From Kiritimatiellia bacterium (GTDB lineage: Bacteria > Verrucomicrobiota > Kiritimatiellia > RFP12 > UBA1067), in the NCBI GenBank assembly GCA_045656285.1, contig JAZOQY010000037.1, positions 19,154-83,153 on the forward strand: a stretch of DNA of 64,000 bases, read 5' to 3'. The translations under genes and the position numbers were made by a program. Below the pieces are notes generated by a model. The model made no database searches and had not been told where the DNA came from. It saw nothing but the letters and a program-made list of their open reading frames with translations. Positions 62,101 through 64,000 of this stretch are shown here, one piece after another. Position 1 is the first letter of the stretch, and each line of letters starts with the position of its first letter.

Positions 62101-64000
62101 TTACTGTTGCAAACCGATTTCTTTTTTCTGCAGCCAGCGGGCGCGGCGGCGTTGGATCTCGAACGAAACGTTGCTCCAGCGCGGGAGCGCGGTCTCGGCC
62201 AGGCGAAGAACAGTCTTTTCGTCCATGTCGCCTTTCACCTCTTCGCCCAGCTTGTCAAGTTCGGCGACGAGAGGCGCGACCTCGCTCTCATAGAACTCTA
62301 CTTCGCAGAACTCAGGATCCTTGGCCCACTCGATAATGCCGTTGGTCGCCCCATGGCATGTCTTCTCGGCCTTATAGTCGGCGAAGGCCTTGCAAACAAG
62401 CGGCTTTAAGATTTTAGCGCGCTCAGCGTCGGTCAAATCAAACTCGAGCTCACCCCAGGTTGAGCGGCCGTGAATCGATTCGGTACCATTCCAGCACTGA
62501 TTGCCCGCACGATTCCAATACATATTTTCGAAATCCCAGATTGAACCGTCAACCGGAATGCGCTCAGGCCAATTCTCCCACGAGAGGAAGAGATAAAAAA
62601 CGATTGAGCCATCGCGATATTCGCAGTCAATCTTATATTTAGTAGTATCATTGCGAGCATTGAGGAATCGATACCCGAACGTCGAGAACATCGTATTGAA
62701 TACCGTCATCTTCTTGGCAAGAGGATTCATCATCATGCAAATATAAGGCTCATTCTCGCCAGGAGCGATATACGCTTCGAACGATCCGCCTCCGACTAAG
62801 CCGAGACCGACATCACGCGCTTTAGGATCATCACTTACGACAAGGAAGTGAAGTCCGCGCTCATCGGCAACGACTTTCATCTTAGCGTCTGGTATAACTT
62901 CCTTGGTCGAGCCGACCTTGCCGCGATCGCCCGAGGTTACGTCGGTCGTTAAAAACTCCATGCTCCCGCCGTAACGACGGTCATAAACGGTCATAGGCGC
63001 GATAAACTTCTCGATATCGCTGATGCCAGTAATCGTTTTATCGGAAAACTTAACCTGATAGCGCTTTTTAGGCGTTGCGACATAAAGCGATTTACGATAT
63101 TGCTCGAGTGCGCGTACAACATCTTCGCGATCCTTGAGCGAATTTATAACAGAACCTACAGATGAAAGCTGAGCGACGCGGTCTTTATTAGTAACCTTAA
63201 ATTCAGTTGTCTTATCATACTCGCGAATGGCTTTAATTACTTTTTTAGGAGAATCATTTACTTTCGCTACAGCAGCTGAAAGACCTAAGCGATATTTCTC
63301 GGCATCTTTAGCTTTTACATCCGCTAAACCAGCCTTAGCAGCATCGTAAGCATCTTGATAACGACCAGCTTTCATGTACACCTCGTAGCTATTACGCGCG
63401 AAGGCAAAAGTAGGAGTAATATCGTACTTTTTAACGAGCTCCCACATCTGATCAGCAACAATAACATACGCGTCAAAGCGCTCATTAACGATTAGTCGGC
63501 GCTGTGAACCTAATTCCTTAGACATAATATTCGAAATAGCACGCTTCAACTTATTCGTATCAGTTGACTTAATGTGTTCAAAGAAAACATTCTTAAATTC
63601 AACTGACGCGGACGTATCTTCAGAAGCGAGATTCCAAAACGCTATATCGCGCCCATTTAGAGGCCCCTTACCGCGACCCTCTTCAAAAGCCTTTTTCGAA
63701 AGGCGCATAATATCTTCATGGAGAAAATCATAGTAGCCAAACGCAGGTCCATAAATACCGACGCTCTCGAGATACTTACCTGCCTCAGCTTGGCGGAAAT
63801 ACTTCGCATAAAGCTTCGCTACGGCTAAATGAAACGCTGTCTTCGTTTTATCCTTAGCATGCTTATCTTCAAGCGCCTTCTTCTCGGCTAAAAAAGCGGC
63901 ATCAAGACTTTCGGCAGCCTTCTTCGAAGCATTATTATCAATAGTATACTGGCTCTTAAAATCAGAAGGAGTAACTACTTTAAGAAGTTCTGTCGTATAG
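62101..64000 (-). CDS. Hypothetical large protein, 5' end outside window; helical N-region plus possible CBM9/DOMON-like beta domain
   Basis: My hand translation shows the frame stays open from 63708 up to the window edge. No family is recognised with confidence. Most of the gene is AT-rich. Confidence 0.7.
   Translation of the reverse strand, partial: YTTELLKVVTPSDFKSQYTIDNNASKKAAESLDAAFLAEKKALEDKHAKDKTKTAFHLAVAKLYAKYFRQAEAGKYLESVGIYGPAFGYYDFLHEDIMRLSKKAFEEGRGKGPLNGRDIAFWNLASEDTSASVEFKNVFFEHIKSTDTNKLKRAISNIMSKELGSQRRLIVNERFDAYVIVADQMWELVKKYDITPTFAFARNSYEVYMKAGRYQDAYDAAKAGLADVKAKDAEKYRLGLSAAVAKVNDSPKKVIKAIREYDKTTEFKVTNKDRVAQLSSVGSVINSLKDREDVVRALEQYRKSLYVATPKKRYQVKFSDKTITGISDIEKFIAPMTVYDRRYGGSMEFLTTDVTSGDRGKVGSTKEVIPDAKMKVVADERGLHFLVVSDDPKARDVGLGLVGGGSFEAYIAPGENEPYICMMMNPLAKKMTVFNTMFSTFGYRFLNARNDTTKYKIDCEYRDGSIVFYLFLSWENWPERIPVDGSIWDFENMYWNRAGNQCWNGTESIHGRSTWGELEFDLTDAERAKILKPLVCKAFADYKAEKTCHGATNGIIEWAKDPEFCEVEFYESEVAPLVAELDKLGEEVKGDMDEKTVLRLAETALPRWSNVSFEIQRRRARWLQKKEIGLQQ

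Overview
This is a densely coding chromosomal segment, about 60 % G+C by eye, from a Gram-negative bacterium. All calls were made by eye from the sequence and the ORF track; no database search was run. The gene content includes CE15, GH43 and GH39-like hydrolases, a NanM-SSS fusion, a BatA-like vWA protein, a prenyltransferase-repeat exoprotein and an M6-like peptidase. That mix suggests a glycan-degrading PVC-type organism (Lentisphaerota, Kiritimatiellota or Verrucomicrobiota-like), but this is a low-confidence guess. I call 50 CDS (46 on the minus strand) and two tRNAs (Thr-UGU, Ala-CGC). I see no rRNA, CRISPR array, IS element or prophage. Most genes are housekeeping: rsmE, uxuA, map, adk, rsfS, metK, hemW, ridA, ispF, purL, prmC, xerD, recCBD and dnaX. 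Genes sit in long co-directional chains with many 1-, 4- or 8-11-nt stop/start overlaps. Almost every chain is headed by the same extended -10 element, TGnTATAAT(AT). In five cases this element lies only 6-9 nt from the ATG, which implies leaderless mRNAs. Candidates for undescribed biology, none of them proven: (1) a four-gene coupled cassette of Zn-ribbon protein, SNF2 ATPase, SWIM protein and a 54-aa ORF; (2) an aryl-polyene-like DH-KR-KS-CLF-acyltransferase module with no ACP or exporter, driven from the leaderless rsfS promoter; (3) a DUF3127 OB-fold protein with an SSB-like acidic ...DIDDMPF tail, ATGA-coupled to prmC; (4) a GC-rich, hairpin-dense in-frame insert in an otherwise AT-rich hemW; (5) unusual fusions (vWA-EEP, NanM-SSS, CE15-GH). 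I regard the window as mostly core genome and found no clear defence island.
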